Position numbers and translations under genes: made by a program
Shown here: piece after piece, positions 26,116 to 36,200 of the stretch
Numbering within the stretch: the first letter of the stretch is position 1
Layout of the letters: each line of letters opens with the position of its first letter
Notes under the pieces: model-generated
What the model saw: the letters and a program-made list of their open reading frames with translations, nothing else
What the model was told of the DNA's origin: nothing
Database searches by the model: none
NCBI RefSeq assembly: GCF_018977255.1
Contig: NW_024704742.1
Coordinates: forward strand, 137,270,001 to 137,334,000
Source of the DNA: Callorhinchus milii
Taxonomy: Eukaryota
Reading direction: 5' to 3'
DNA length: 64,000 bases

Positions 26116-27132
26116 TGTCCATTACATTACATTTCATTGTGATTTCCTTGTGATGGTAAATGGAATAATAGGGCCTTTGAGGTCTTGACACAGTGACTTG
26201 TTATTAGATTAAACCGCATCGCGTCCCGGGGCCGAAAACCCCGGGATACAATCGGAGCCACTTGCGAGACTCTCGAGGGCGGGGGGGAGTGGGGGGGAAA
26301 CTGTTCTGTTGCGTTCTTCTCCAAATATAATGCTGATAGTCCGCGCATTTGGTGTACCGCGTCTTCGAGGCGTCTCAACGCGCTTCGCAGAATAGACTGT
26401 GAAGTGAATTGACTGTATATTGGTGGGCGCGAGGCGGCCGCCAATTGCGCACAGCAGCGTCCGCCACACACGGTCGTGGATTGAGTGACCGAATTATTAT
26501 TGTTGCCTTCAACTACACAGTCACTGCACTTGACAGCGGTTGCCCGTGTAAGCGTTTGGGACGTTTGGGCATTTTATAGGTGCTGTATCGCGTCAGTTTG
26601 TGAATCTCAGCGCTGGTATGAATGAATCTCAGTGACGATCGATGCTTTGTGGATTTCTGGCAGGACATTGTTCAGGAGTCAGGGCCGCACACCATTGCTC
26701 AGACTTGAGACCTGCACTTGGAAAACTGCCTGAAGGATCCAGAGGAGGATCTCGCTCGCCTCCACGTCAAGGTACAAGTTAGTGAGACACGGCTGTCAGT
26801 GCAGTACACGGCACACGCCCATCGCCATTGTGAGGGTGTCTCTCCCCGTCAATAAGTCTTTCGGTAAGCGGGGGGTGGGGGGGGCAAACCAAAACTGACA
26901 GTGGTGTGACCCTATAAATAGTGCTGTGACCCTACAAAAGGTGGTGTGACCCTGAATACAGTGGTATCAGCCCACAAGCAGTGCTGTGAGCCCACAAGCA
27001 GTGCTGTGAGCCTATAAACAGTGCTGTGACCAGGTTAGCAATGTCAGGGTGGCAGTCAGTCAGGCGAGGCCTCAGTTTAACATCCCCAGGAAACCCATCA
27101 CTGAGCCCATGAGTGTCCAAACTAGAGGTTTG

Positions 27133-27291
27133 AGCGGAGCCGCTGGTGGGGTTGAACGCCTGCAGTTCCCGGTGTGGGTGTGTGTGTCTCCGTCGTACAC
27201 TCTGCTGTGGCTGCTGAGAGAGAACGTGCAGCTCATGGGCTCCTGAGCCCTGACTAGTGGGCCTGGGGGATATAAATTGCTGCAAACAATG
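27133..27291 (+). ncRNA. H/ACA snoRNA, SNORA5-like, copy 1
   Basis: Two hairpins, H box AGAGAA (27219-27224), ACA (27286-27288); 3' pocket UCAUGGG/AUA(U)AA complementary to 18S AAUUAU-Psi-C-CCCAUGA. Confidence 0.75.
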
Positions 27292-27411
27292 GATTGTACC
27301 AGTCTGGTCACCCTGCGGGTGGGGGGAGGGGGAGGGGATTCCATGTGGTGATAGTATTTCTAGCCGGTCGTCGGCTAAAGTTTAGTGGAAGGTTCACTGG
27401 GCTCAGTTGAT

Positions 27412-27450
<39 letters not shown>

Positions 27451-28782
27451 CTCTGGCTCGACTGGTTGTGTGTTGACTCCACTGTTTCTGTTAGTGACCT
27501 GTACAGTCACCTCGGCTCGGGTGGCCTCACAATGAGCACCAGAGAGCAGTCCAGTCGGACATCCATAACTCACGCTGCCCCCTGACACCACGCACAGCGG
27601 TGAAGGGCATATCATCAGTGTCTGGAGCTGCTTCACAGCTGTAACCTGTGGCTGGAATCTTCCCAGGTGGATGCGACCACTTTTGTTTCCTCCGCCCATC
27701 TCTTGGCTCTTGCCAACCTGCGCCTGATATTCTCCGGAACCAGGTAACCAGGTAACGACTGTGCATTCCATTCCAATAATCTATCTCTGGGATTTCCATG
27801 TATAGGTGGGATCCCGCACCAGGCTTCGTGACCACATCACTCCCACCCTCGCTCACCTCCACTGGCTCCCCATCCGCCAAAGGATTGAATTCAACATCCT
27901 CATCCTCACCTACAAGGCCATTCATGGCCTTGCTCCCTCCTACCTCTCCGACCTACTATCCCCCTATCTACCTGACCGTACCCTCCGTTCCTCTGGCTCT
28001 GGTCTGCTCCACATTCCCCGCCCCAACCGCCCGACCATCGGTGGCCTTCAGCCTCTCAGCCCCGAGGCTCTGGAACTCCATCCCCCAGTGCCTTCACCGC
28101 TTCCTCCCTTTCCACCTTCAAGGCCGGTCTCAAGACCTTTCTCTTTGACCGAGCCTTCAGCTCCCTCTCGACTCTCTACCCCTCCTCGCTCCCTCCCTTC
28201 CCTTCCCCTCCCTGATCCATCCCCCCTAGTAGTCCAATCCCTACCGTCCAGCGCCATTGGGCTCCTCCCGACGTGAAAGGCGCTCTATAAATGGAATCTT
28301 GTTGTTGTTGTTGTTGTTGATGCAGGGAATTCTCAGTTTGGTTTGGAGACTCTTAAACAACGGTGATGGGTTTCTGCATGTGTCAGGCACCCGGCTGACC
28401 AAAAAGAAAATTGTCTCTTCTCTTCCCACAGTGCCCGGAGCAGACGGTTGGAGGAATCTGCGTGCTTCAGCAGGAACATGGGCCTGTGTTTGCAGAGTCG
28501 GAGGTGGTTAGGATGCCCATCGCCATTGTGAGGGTGTCTCTCCCCGTCAATAAGTCTTTCGGTAAGCGGGGGGGTGGGGGGGGCAAACCAAAACTGGATC
28601 CCGCCTGACAGTGGTGTGTCCCTATAATCAGTGGTGTGACCCTACAAGCAGTGCTGTGAGCCTATAAGCAGTGCTGTGACCAGGTTAGCAATGTCAGGGT
28701 GGCAGTCAGTCAGGCGAGGCCTCAGTTTAACATCCCCAGGAAACCCATCACTGAGCCCATGAGTGTCCAAACTAGAGGTTTG

Positions 28783-28941
28783 AGCGGAGCCGCTGGTGGT
28801 GTTGAACGGCTGCAGTTCCCGGTGTGGGTGTGTGTGTCTCTGTCGTACACTCTGCTGTGGCTGCTGAGAGAGAACGTGCAGCTCATGGGCCCCTGAGCCC
28901 TGACTAGTGGGCCTGGGGGATATAAATTGCTGCAAACAATG
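28783..28941 (+). ncRNA. H/ACA snoRNA, SNORA5-like, copy 2
   Basis: Near-identical to copy 1 at offset 1650; H box 28869-28874, ACA 28936-28938; a U>C change keeps upper-stem pairing. Confidence 0.75.
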
Positions 28942-29479
28942 AATTGTACCAGTCTGGTCACCCTGCGGGTGGGGGGAGGGGATTCCATGTGAAGTGATAG
29001 TATTTCTAGCCGGTCGTCGGCTAAAGTTTAGTGGAAGGTTCACTGGGCTCAGTTGATAGCTCTCTCTCTCTCTCTCTCTCTCTCCCCCTCTGGCTCGACT
29101 GGTTGTGTGTTGACTCCACTGTTTCTGTTAGTGACCTGTACAGTCACCTCGGCTCGGGTGGCCTCACAATGAGCACCAGAGAGCAGTCCAGTCTGACATC
29201 CATAACTCACGCTGCCCCCTGACACCACGCACAGCGGTGAAGGGCATATAATAATAATAATAATAATAATCCTTGCATTTGATGTAGCGCTTTTCACGTC
29301 GGGAGGACGTCCCAAAGCGCTTCACAGAACACACAGTAAAGTGAATTGACTGTATATTTGTGGGCGAACGCGGCAGCCAATTGCGCACAGCAATGTCCCA
29401 CAAACAGTCGTAGATTGAAAATGACCAATTATTATTGTTTTTGGTTTTGGAGGATTATTATTAGGCTCTGTGTGGATAA

Positions 29480-29504
29480 NNNNNNNNNNNNNNNNNNNNN
29501 NNNN
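29480..29504. other. Assembly gap (25 N)
   Basis: Run of n; a single n also occurs at 55526. Confidence 0.99.
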
Positions 29505-32400
29505 AACTGCCCCAGCGCCCCTCCCACCACGCCCGCGCCCACACGACTGCCCCAGCGCCCCTCCCACACCGACTGCCCCCAGCGCCCCTCCCACACCGAC
29601 CGCCCCCAGCGCCCCTCCCACACCGACTGCCCCCAGTGTCACTCTCCTCACACCTACAATGATGCTTTTCACATTGGCTCAAGATCTCATTTAGACTTAC
29701 GCGACAACACTAAAAAGCATCGGTGGCCCCAAAAACAATCTGCCAAACGACATCTTCACCCACGTTGGTGCGGACCCTCAACTTTTCCACATGGACATAT
29801 ATATGGGGGCTAACCCCACTCAGTCTCCAAGCCAGCCCATGGGCATGAGCAAACACTGGTTTATTGGTCAATCTCACAAGATAATGAACAGAACAGTTCC
29901 TCCCACATCATAACCCCTCACACCTTCTCCCCAAACAGGAGCCTTCTCTGGGCGAGGAAGGGAGGGGAGCTTTCCTCAACACCCAGAGGTCAAACGCAAA
30001 GAACGAAGCGCAGAGAATTCCTCTGCCAAGGCTCGTGCAGGAGAGGAACCTTAAAAAAAGGATCAATCACGGAGCCCCGAAGTCCTGCCCGAGACGGTTC
30101 TCGTCTTTCAACAACAACAACGTAAGATGGCGGAGAATTGTGCAACAATTCTTCAGTCACACTCAAATGTGGGTGAGGGAGAGAGAAGGTTGGGCTGGTG
30201 GAGGGTTGAAATTGGGTTGGGATTACTTGGCATCTTGAATCCCCTTTGTGTCGAAAAAAACTCGTTTGACGTTAAAAAATTATAAACTGTTTTAAAACAG
30301 CATCGTCGACTACTGGGTCGCGAAAGCAACCGTCCTTCCCTCTCCGCTGCACACATACAGCACCCGAAGGAAATCTCCATCAAGTTTCATTCTGTCACAC
30401 AATGCTTTTGGATTCACAAAAAGTTCCGAACATACAGTAACATAAAAACAGCCCTATTATTCCTGGCTGAGTTTTCTCTCTGTCTACCCCCAACCCCCCT
30501 CTCTCTTCACCCCGACCCCCACTCCAAACCATAATAATAATAATCCTTGTACTTGATATATGCCTTATCACGTCAGTGAGACGTCTCAAATCACTTCACA
30601 GGACATACTGTGAAGTGAATTGTATATACTTTGTGGGTGAAATGCACCTATCAAACAAAAAGGAAATTACTGGAGTTTAATTTGTATTTGTTCCTTTATG
30701 TGGAAACCTGGATCATGCTGATCGAGGGAGGGAGGGAAGGCAGGGCCAAACCTTGGGCAAGTTTCCTTACTCCACACAGAGCCTAATAATAATCCCTCCA
30801 AAACCAAAATCAATAATAAATTGGTCATTTTCAATCTACGACTGTTTGTGGGACATTGCTGTGTGCAATTGGCTGCCGCGTTCGCCCACAAATATACAGT
30901 CAATTCCCTTTACGGTGTGTTCTGTGAAGCGCTTTGGGAAGTCTTCCCGACGTGAAAAGCGCTATATCAAATGCAAGGATTATTATTATTATTATTATTG
31001 TTAAGGAGGGTTGATCCCTGGTAGATAGGAGTAAACCGTTCAGGCTGATCCCTCTGCTTTGACCTCAGCTGCCATAGCCTCTGGTTTACCTCTGAGCTGA
31101 TGCACCAGGCACCAAAGGGCAACGGAGGGAGCTCTTTACCAAACATCAAGGATATATAATACTCCTTCCATTTGATTCGGCACCTTATCACATTGTAGGG
31201 ACGCCTCAAAGCCCTTCACAGGATCGACTGTGCATTTTATAGGCAAAATGCGGCAGCCAATTGTGCACCGCAGTGTCCCACAAACAGTTGTGGATTGAAT
31301 AACCAAATTTATTTATTCTTGGGAGGGATTATTACCCCCGGAAAGTGATCCGCCAATCAAAAAGGGTTCCTACTTAATGCTAGGTAAACAGAGGCGTGCG
31401 TAAGGAGTAAAGAAACTTGCCTAAGGATTTGCTCTGTCCGGGAATCGAGCCCTCACGCTTTAACCACTGCGCATGAGAAAGGAAAGAAAATAAACATTGC
31501 TTTCCCTCTGAGAAAGGCAAACGGAAGGGACCTCCTTGGGAGCCGAGTTGACAGCCAGACGCCCATCCTGTACCCCGGAGTCAGAAACAATTCACAGTGG
31601 AGCTTTTTCCCCCAAAAAACAAAGTTACGGGAGAGAAAAAACCCTCTCCTGGAGCAGCCTCGCCCCTCAGAGAAACTTTTTCTTTTAAAAAGTTTTTGTT
31701 GTGATAATCTGTACACATTTATATATAAAATCTATTTACACGGTCAAAGGTGAAAGGGTTAACGTCCCGCACTCAGCCATAGCCTCACTCGGGAAATATT
31801 AACCCTTTGCTTTTTGTGGCTCAGTTTGTCGCATTCGAGAGTTCGGGGTGGGGTGTGCGTGTGTGTGTGTGTGGGGGGGGGAAAAGAGCATGGTCCAGGG
31901 GTAACTCTCTGTCTCTGCTCATCCTCTGGATCCGCACGCTGATCAGACAGTGCTGCTGTGGTTTCCTTCAACAAATGTTGCCGACAGATTCCAGCCGGTC
32001 TGCAGAATGTAACGTTGTCTTTTCCTGCTGGGGGGGTGGGGGGGAGAGGGTAGTTGGGTGGGGGGGGGGGGGGGGGGCTGCAGAGGAAGGGGTCCCGGAG
32101 TCTGGTGAACAAGTCTGCTGACTTGTAACCACAGCCGATTGCATCCATTTGTCACAGTAAGAGTTTATCTCTGATCCTCTGTCCCCGCTGGGCTCGGTGT
32201 TTAAGTGGACCCTCCTCACCGCTGGCCGGGCCCAGTAACCAGGCCACGTGGACCTTCAGAAATGCCATCGATGGTTCCCTGGTGGGTGAACCTCCTGGTC
32301 AATGGGTCGTTCACATCAAGCCCTTTGTTCCTCTAACTCCTTCTTTCCGATCAATCTTGGTTGCACTGCTCCAGTCAGTCAGTCATTCCTGTCAAAGACA

Positions 32401-32604
32401 TCAATCCAAGGAGATGATATCCGGTGCGTTGCTCCCCCCGCCCCCGCCCCCTCCCCCGGTGATCACCCCGGTCTCGACCCCCCTGGCAGCGTTGCTTTCG
32501 TGGTGCTGGGAGGAGGAGATGATGGCCCCGGTCATGGTGGTGGGAGTCAGGCTGGGCGAGCTGACCGCTGACGTCAGGTTATCCAGGAAGATAGACTGGC
32601 AACA
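32401..32604 (-). CDS. PIAS2: PIAS2 terminal exon 14 (beta-type C-terminus), minus strand
   Basis: attacag|CCQSIFLDNLTSAV...ETGVITGGGGGGGGSNAPDIISLD*; PDIISLD is the PIAS C-terminus; exons 2-14 total 1854 nt in frame. Confidence 0.93.
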   Translation of the reverse strand, partial: CCQSIFLDNLTSAVSSPSLTPTTMTGAIISSSQHHESNAARGVETGVITGGGGGGGGSNAPDIISLD

Positions 32605-33190
32605 CTGTAATAGAGCGACAAAGAGAGAGAGAGAGAGAGAGCAGTGAGCAGAGACAAGAAATAATAATAATCCTTGCGTTTCAAATAGGGTCTTATCAAG
32701 CGCTTCACAGGATATATGTGAAGTGAACGGACTGTGAATATATGTGGGTGAAACACAACGACCCATCTACAGGGCTGGAAAGAACCACAGCCCTCACCTT
32801 GTGCCCTCACAGATTACTCTCCAAACTCAAACTAATTCAGCAGCAATTTTACATCGATAGCGTGCGCTTCACATCAGAACTCCCAGGGCAACACTGAATA
32901 AAGGGCCCCCCCTAACCCTCGCGATAGCACTGACCGTCATATCCACCATCGACAATCAGGTTACCTTTACGCGTTACATTTGTGAGCCTCTCAGCCCCCA
33001 CCCTCAGGAACACCATCTCACAGTGCCTCCGCCTCGCTCCCTCTCTCGCCTGCTTGAAGACCCACCTCTTCGGTCACCACCTCACCCCCACCCTCCCTGT
33101 CCTTCACCCTTCTCTGATCCCAACCCCCAGTTCAGGTCCAAATCCCTGACCGTCCAGCGCATTGGGTCATCCTCCCGACGTGAAAGGTGC

Positions 33191-33655
33191 TGTGCAAATG
33201 TAACGTGTTGTTGTGTGCAAATGTAACGTGTTGTTGTGTGCAAATGTAACGTGTTGTGTGCAAATGGAACGTGTTGTGTGCAAATGTAACGTGTTGTGTG
33301 CAAATGTAACGTGTTGTGTGCAAATGTAACGTGTTGTGTGCAAATGTAACGTGTTGTGTGCAAATGTAACGTGTTGTGTGCAAATGCAACGTGTTGTGTG
33401 CAAATGCAACGTGTTGTGTGCAAATGTAACGTGTTGTGTGTAAATGTAACGTGTTGTGTGTAAATGTAACGTGTTGTTGTGTGTAAATGTAACGTGTTGT
33501 GTGCAAATGTAACGTGTTGTGTGCAAATGCAACGTGTTGTGTGCAAATGCAACGTGTTGTGTGTAAATGTAACGTGTTGTGTGTAAATGTAACGTGTTGT
33601 TGTGTGTAAATGTAACGTGTTGTTGTGTGTAAATGTAACGTGTTGTTGTTGTTGT
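33191..33655. repeat. 20-23-bp minisatellite in PIAS2 intron 13
   Basis: gtgttgtgtgcaaatgtaac repeated. Confidence 0.95.
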
Positions 33656-33676
33656 GACTGCGGTGCTCACACCCAC

Positions 33677-33714
33677 CTGAGCATCATTCTGAAACAGAGA
33701 GAAAAAGTCCAGAT
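33677..33714 (-). CDS. PIAS2: PIAS2 exon 13 (38 nt), on the minus strand inside the inversion
   Basis: Reverse complement: tttctccag|at ctg gac ttt ttc tct ctg ttt cag aat gat gct cag|gtgggt = (N)LDFFSLFQNDAQ; compare human GLDFLSLIPVDPQ; phase fits exons 12 and 14. Confidence 0.88.
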
Positions 33715-34011
33715 CTGGAGAAAGAGGAAATTTGTACCAACATGAGAAAGTACAAGATTTCAGCCGCGGTTACTCCATTTCCTGCCCCACACTACTCCCC
33801 ACAACTGCCCCAACTCCCACTCTACTCTCCACTCCTTGCCCACGTCTGGGACTGCTCCCACCTACCCCCTCAGCCACATTTCCCCCTTCCCCCCATGACT
33901 CCTGTGCTCCCCCAGCTCTGACTGTGGCTGCCAGCTCCCACATCCCCGATATTATAATATTCCAATTCAACCTTTAAGTAAATCTGCCCCACACATCACA
34001 ACCCAGTTGCT

Positions 34012-34178
34012 CTTAGAAATCTATTGCAGCACAGAAGGAGGCCATTAAGCCCATCGTGCCTGTGTTGGCTCTTTGGAAGAGCTACCAACTCGTCCCACTC
34101 CCCCCCCGCTCTTTCCCCATATCCTTGCAAGTTTCTCCTTTTCAAGTACCCATCTAATTCCCCTTTTGAAAGTTGTTA
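34012..34178 (-). mobile_element. Remainder (3' end) of the same CR1 at the right breakpoint
   Basis: Minus strand starts taacaactttcaaaagggg.. and ends with the tail ..aatggcctccttctgtgctg; colinear with the intact copy at ~14140-14310. Confidence 0.85.
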
Positions 34179-34958
34179 CAGCCATGAAGTGAATGAGTAA
34201 TGTTTTTTCTGGGGGGGGGGGTTGTTGGCCAGGACACGGGTGGGGGGAAGGGGTGAAACTCCCTTCTGCTTTTGAATAGAGCAGTGGTGATCTCTAACGT
34301 GCACCTGAAGAGGCCCAGACGGGACCTCAGTTTAACGTCTATTCCGAAGGACGGCATCTTCAGTAACGCAGTGCTCCCCCCACCCCCCCACCCAGCACTG
34401 AGCTGGAGAGTCCGCCGCGACTGTGAGCACAAGGTCCTGATACATGTGTGAACCCACAACCTAACAGACAGAGACAGAGAAACACAGACCTATGGACGCG
34501 CAGACATAAAACACACATACTCCACCTAAAGTTCCTCCTACACTCCCTGTTAGACCTCTTACTGACTCGCTTACGTTCACACCCGCAAGTTTAGACTCGC
34601 CAACAGTGGAAACAGCTCATCAACATCCACCTTATCGAACCTTTAGGATCTTTAAAGTCTACCTGTATAGGCACATTTAGGAACTCGGCTGAACATCACA
34701 GCTGAAGGACAGCGCAGCGCTCGCCCAGTACTACACTGGAGCATCAGCCAAGACCGCACAGGTTTAAAGCTCCGACATGGGGGGCTTGAACCCACAAACT
34801 TCTGACTCGAGACGAGACGAGAGTGCTACTGACCGAGCCTAAACAACCTAAACAACCTTGATATCCACACTAATTGTGTATACCAACAGTCGGATATTAA
34901 TTTTGTATTGTATGTGTCCACATCTCTCTCTTCCTCTCTCTCTCTCTGCCTGTCCATG

Positions 34959-34990
<32 letters not shown>

Positions 34991-35344
34991 CAATCCTGAA
35001 CTGATCTGAGATCCCAAATTCCACCCTGTCTCAGCCACTTTTGGGTGAAGGTTTAAGATGACACAGAATCGTGGGAAAAACTCTTTTAAATTCAGTCTCA
35101 GTACCTGAAGCCGCTTTTTCAGGCAAATTTTTAAAAATTTTAACAAGTGGGTTTTGTGACGAAGGGCGGATTTGAGAATGTTCCACAATTTGCAGGCAAT
35201 TTCCACAAATTTTAAGACAACACACATTCCCCCCATGACTTGGCTGTTGCCAACCTATTATGCCTAATACTCTCTGGAATTAGGATTTTCATCAATATAA
35301 AACCTTTACTAAATTACCTCATACAGTATACGCAATTTTATTTT

Positions 35345-35700
35345 GCTCAGCCGGGTGTCTGACATGTGGAAACCCGTCTGACACATGTGGAAACCCATCA
35401 CCGTTGCTTAAGAGTATCCAAACCAAACCGAGGTTGAATTCCCTGCATCCCACCTACACACGGAAATCCCAGAGATAGATTATTGGAATGGAAAGCGCTC
35501 TCTCACTCTCTCCCTGGAGGGACACATCCTGTTTACCTAATTCTGGAGAGTATTAGGCACAGGTTGGCAAGAGCCAAGGCTTGGGGGACCCCAGAGTGTG
35601 TGTTGGGGTAACTGCTGGAATCTAACCACCTAAAGCCACACAGCTTGGCCATTGATATCGCTGTCTGACAAGCTTTCCTGTTTCTTGTCCAGCGAGGACC
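35345..35700. mobile_element. Unclassified ~350-bp interspersed repeat
   Basis: Recurs at ~3720-3920, 9100-9428, 24590-24790, 27700-28400 (split), 42210-42365, 53060-53300, 61390-61690. Confidence 0.7.
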
Positions 35701-35883
35701 ACCAGACCCATTATATATTGTACAGTATATGTTGCCTCATTATACAAAAGACAATATCAGAAAGAGTACAGTGTAGATTGCTAGAATGTTCCCAGAATAA
35801 GTGGATAGAGCAATCAAGAAGGATTGGACGGGTCAAAGATTTTTGTCTCTGTACTTGAGATGATTTTTGTCTCTGTATTTGTG

Positions 35884-36200
35884 GAGTCCTGTAGCTCAGT
35901 GGTTAGAGCACTCGCTTTGCAAACGAGAGACCTGAGTTCAATTCCAGGAAGAGGGCGAAACCTTGGGCAAGTTTCCTTACTCCACCCAGAGCCTAATAAT
36001 AATCCCTCCAAAACAAAACAATAATAAATTGGTCATTTTCAATCCACGACTGTTTGTGGGACACTGTTGTACACAATTGGCTGCCGCGTTTCACCCACAA
36101 ATATACAGTCAATTCACTTTACAGTCTATCCTGTGAAGCGCTTTGAGACGTCTAGAAGACGTGAAAAGCACTATATCAAATGCAATGATTATTATTATTA
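35884..36200 (+). mobile_element. tRNA-derived SINE, representative full copy of a family with dozens of copies in the window
   Basis: A box TAGCTCAGTGG, B box GTTCAATTCC, shared body, tail atcaaatgcaa(g)gattattatt; close copies at 23111-23436(-), 29250-29479(-), 30745-31000(+). Confidence 0.9.

Larger units (their letters stand above)
26108..29237 (+). ncRNA. Putative non-coding snoRNA host gene; candidate exons ~26108-26155, 26664-26863, 27495-27599, 28432-28561, 29133-29237
   Basis: Starts at the promoter; AG acceptors and cg|gtaagc donors flank the snoRNA-bearing introns; no recognisable protein; the exon 3/5 donor (gtgaag) is weak. Confidence 0.5.
26817..29249 (+). repeat. Local direct duplication: 26817-27612 and 28515-29249
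   Basis: Near-identical ~0.75-0.8 kb units containing exon end, donor, 20-bp minisatellite, snoRNA, (CT)n and next exon. Confidence 0.92.

Noticed and set aside
27085..27270. 11-bp complementarity GAGCCCATGAG/CTCATGGGCTC suggesting a larger RNA fold
   Set aside because: The upstream arm resembles a fragment of the interspersed repeat, and the match is imperfect in copy 2
27345..27565. Second structured RNA (small hairpins, ACA near 27559)
   Set aside because: No H box or canonical C box; (CT)n plus AG fits a splice acceptor and exon better, though not fully excluded
29480..29504. Assembly gap as an inversion breakpoint
   Set aside because: Exons on both sides of the gap are inverted consistently; the breakpoints map elsewhere
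30120..30180. AAGATGGCGG start-like motif followed by a donor-like gg|gtgagg
   Set aside because: Peptide MAENCATILQSHSNV not recognised and no supporting downstream exons
20033..33714. Opposite-strand exons as a trans-splicing system, or as separate antisense paralogues
   Set aside because: One inversion with reciprocal broken repeats at both ends explains all three exons
35884..35955. tRNA-Ala-like gene (TGC) and similar heads elsewhere
   Set aside because: No proper acceptor stem; continues into a repeated SINE body
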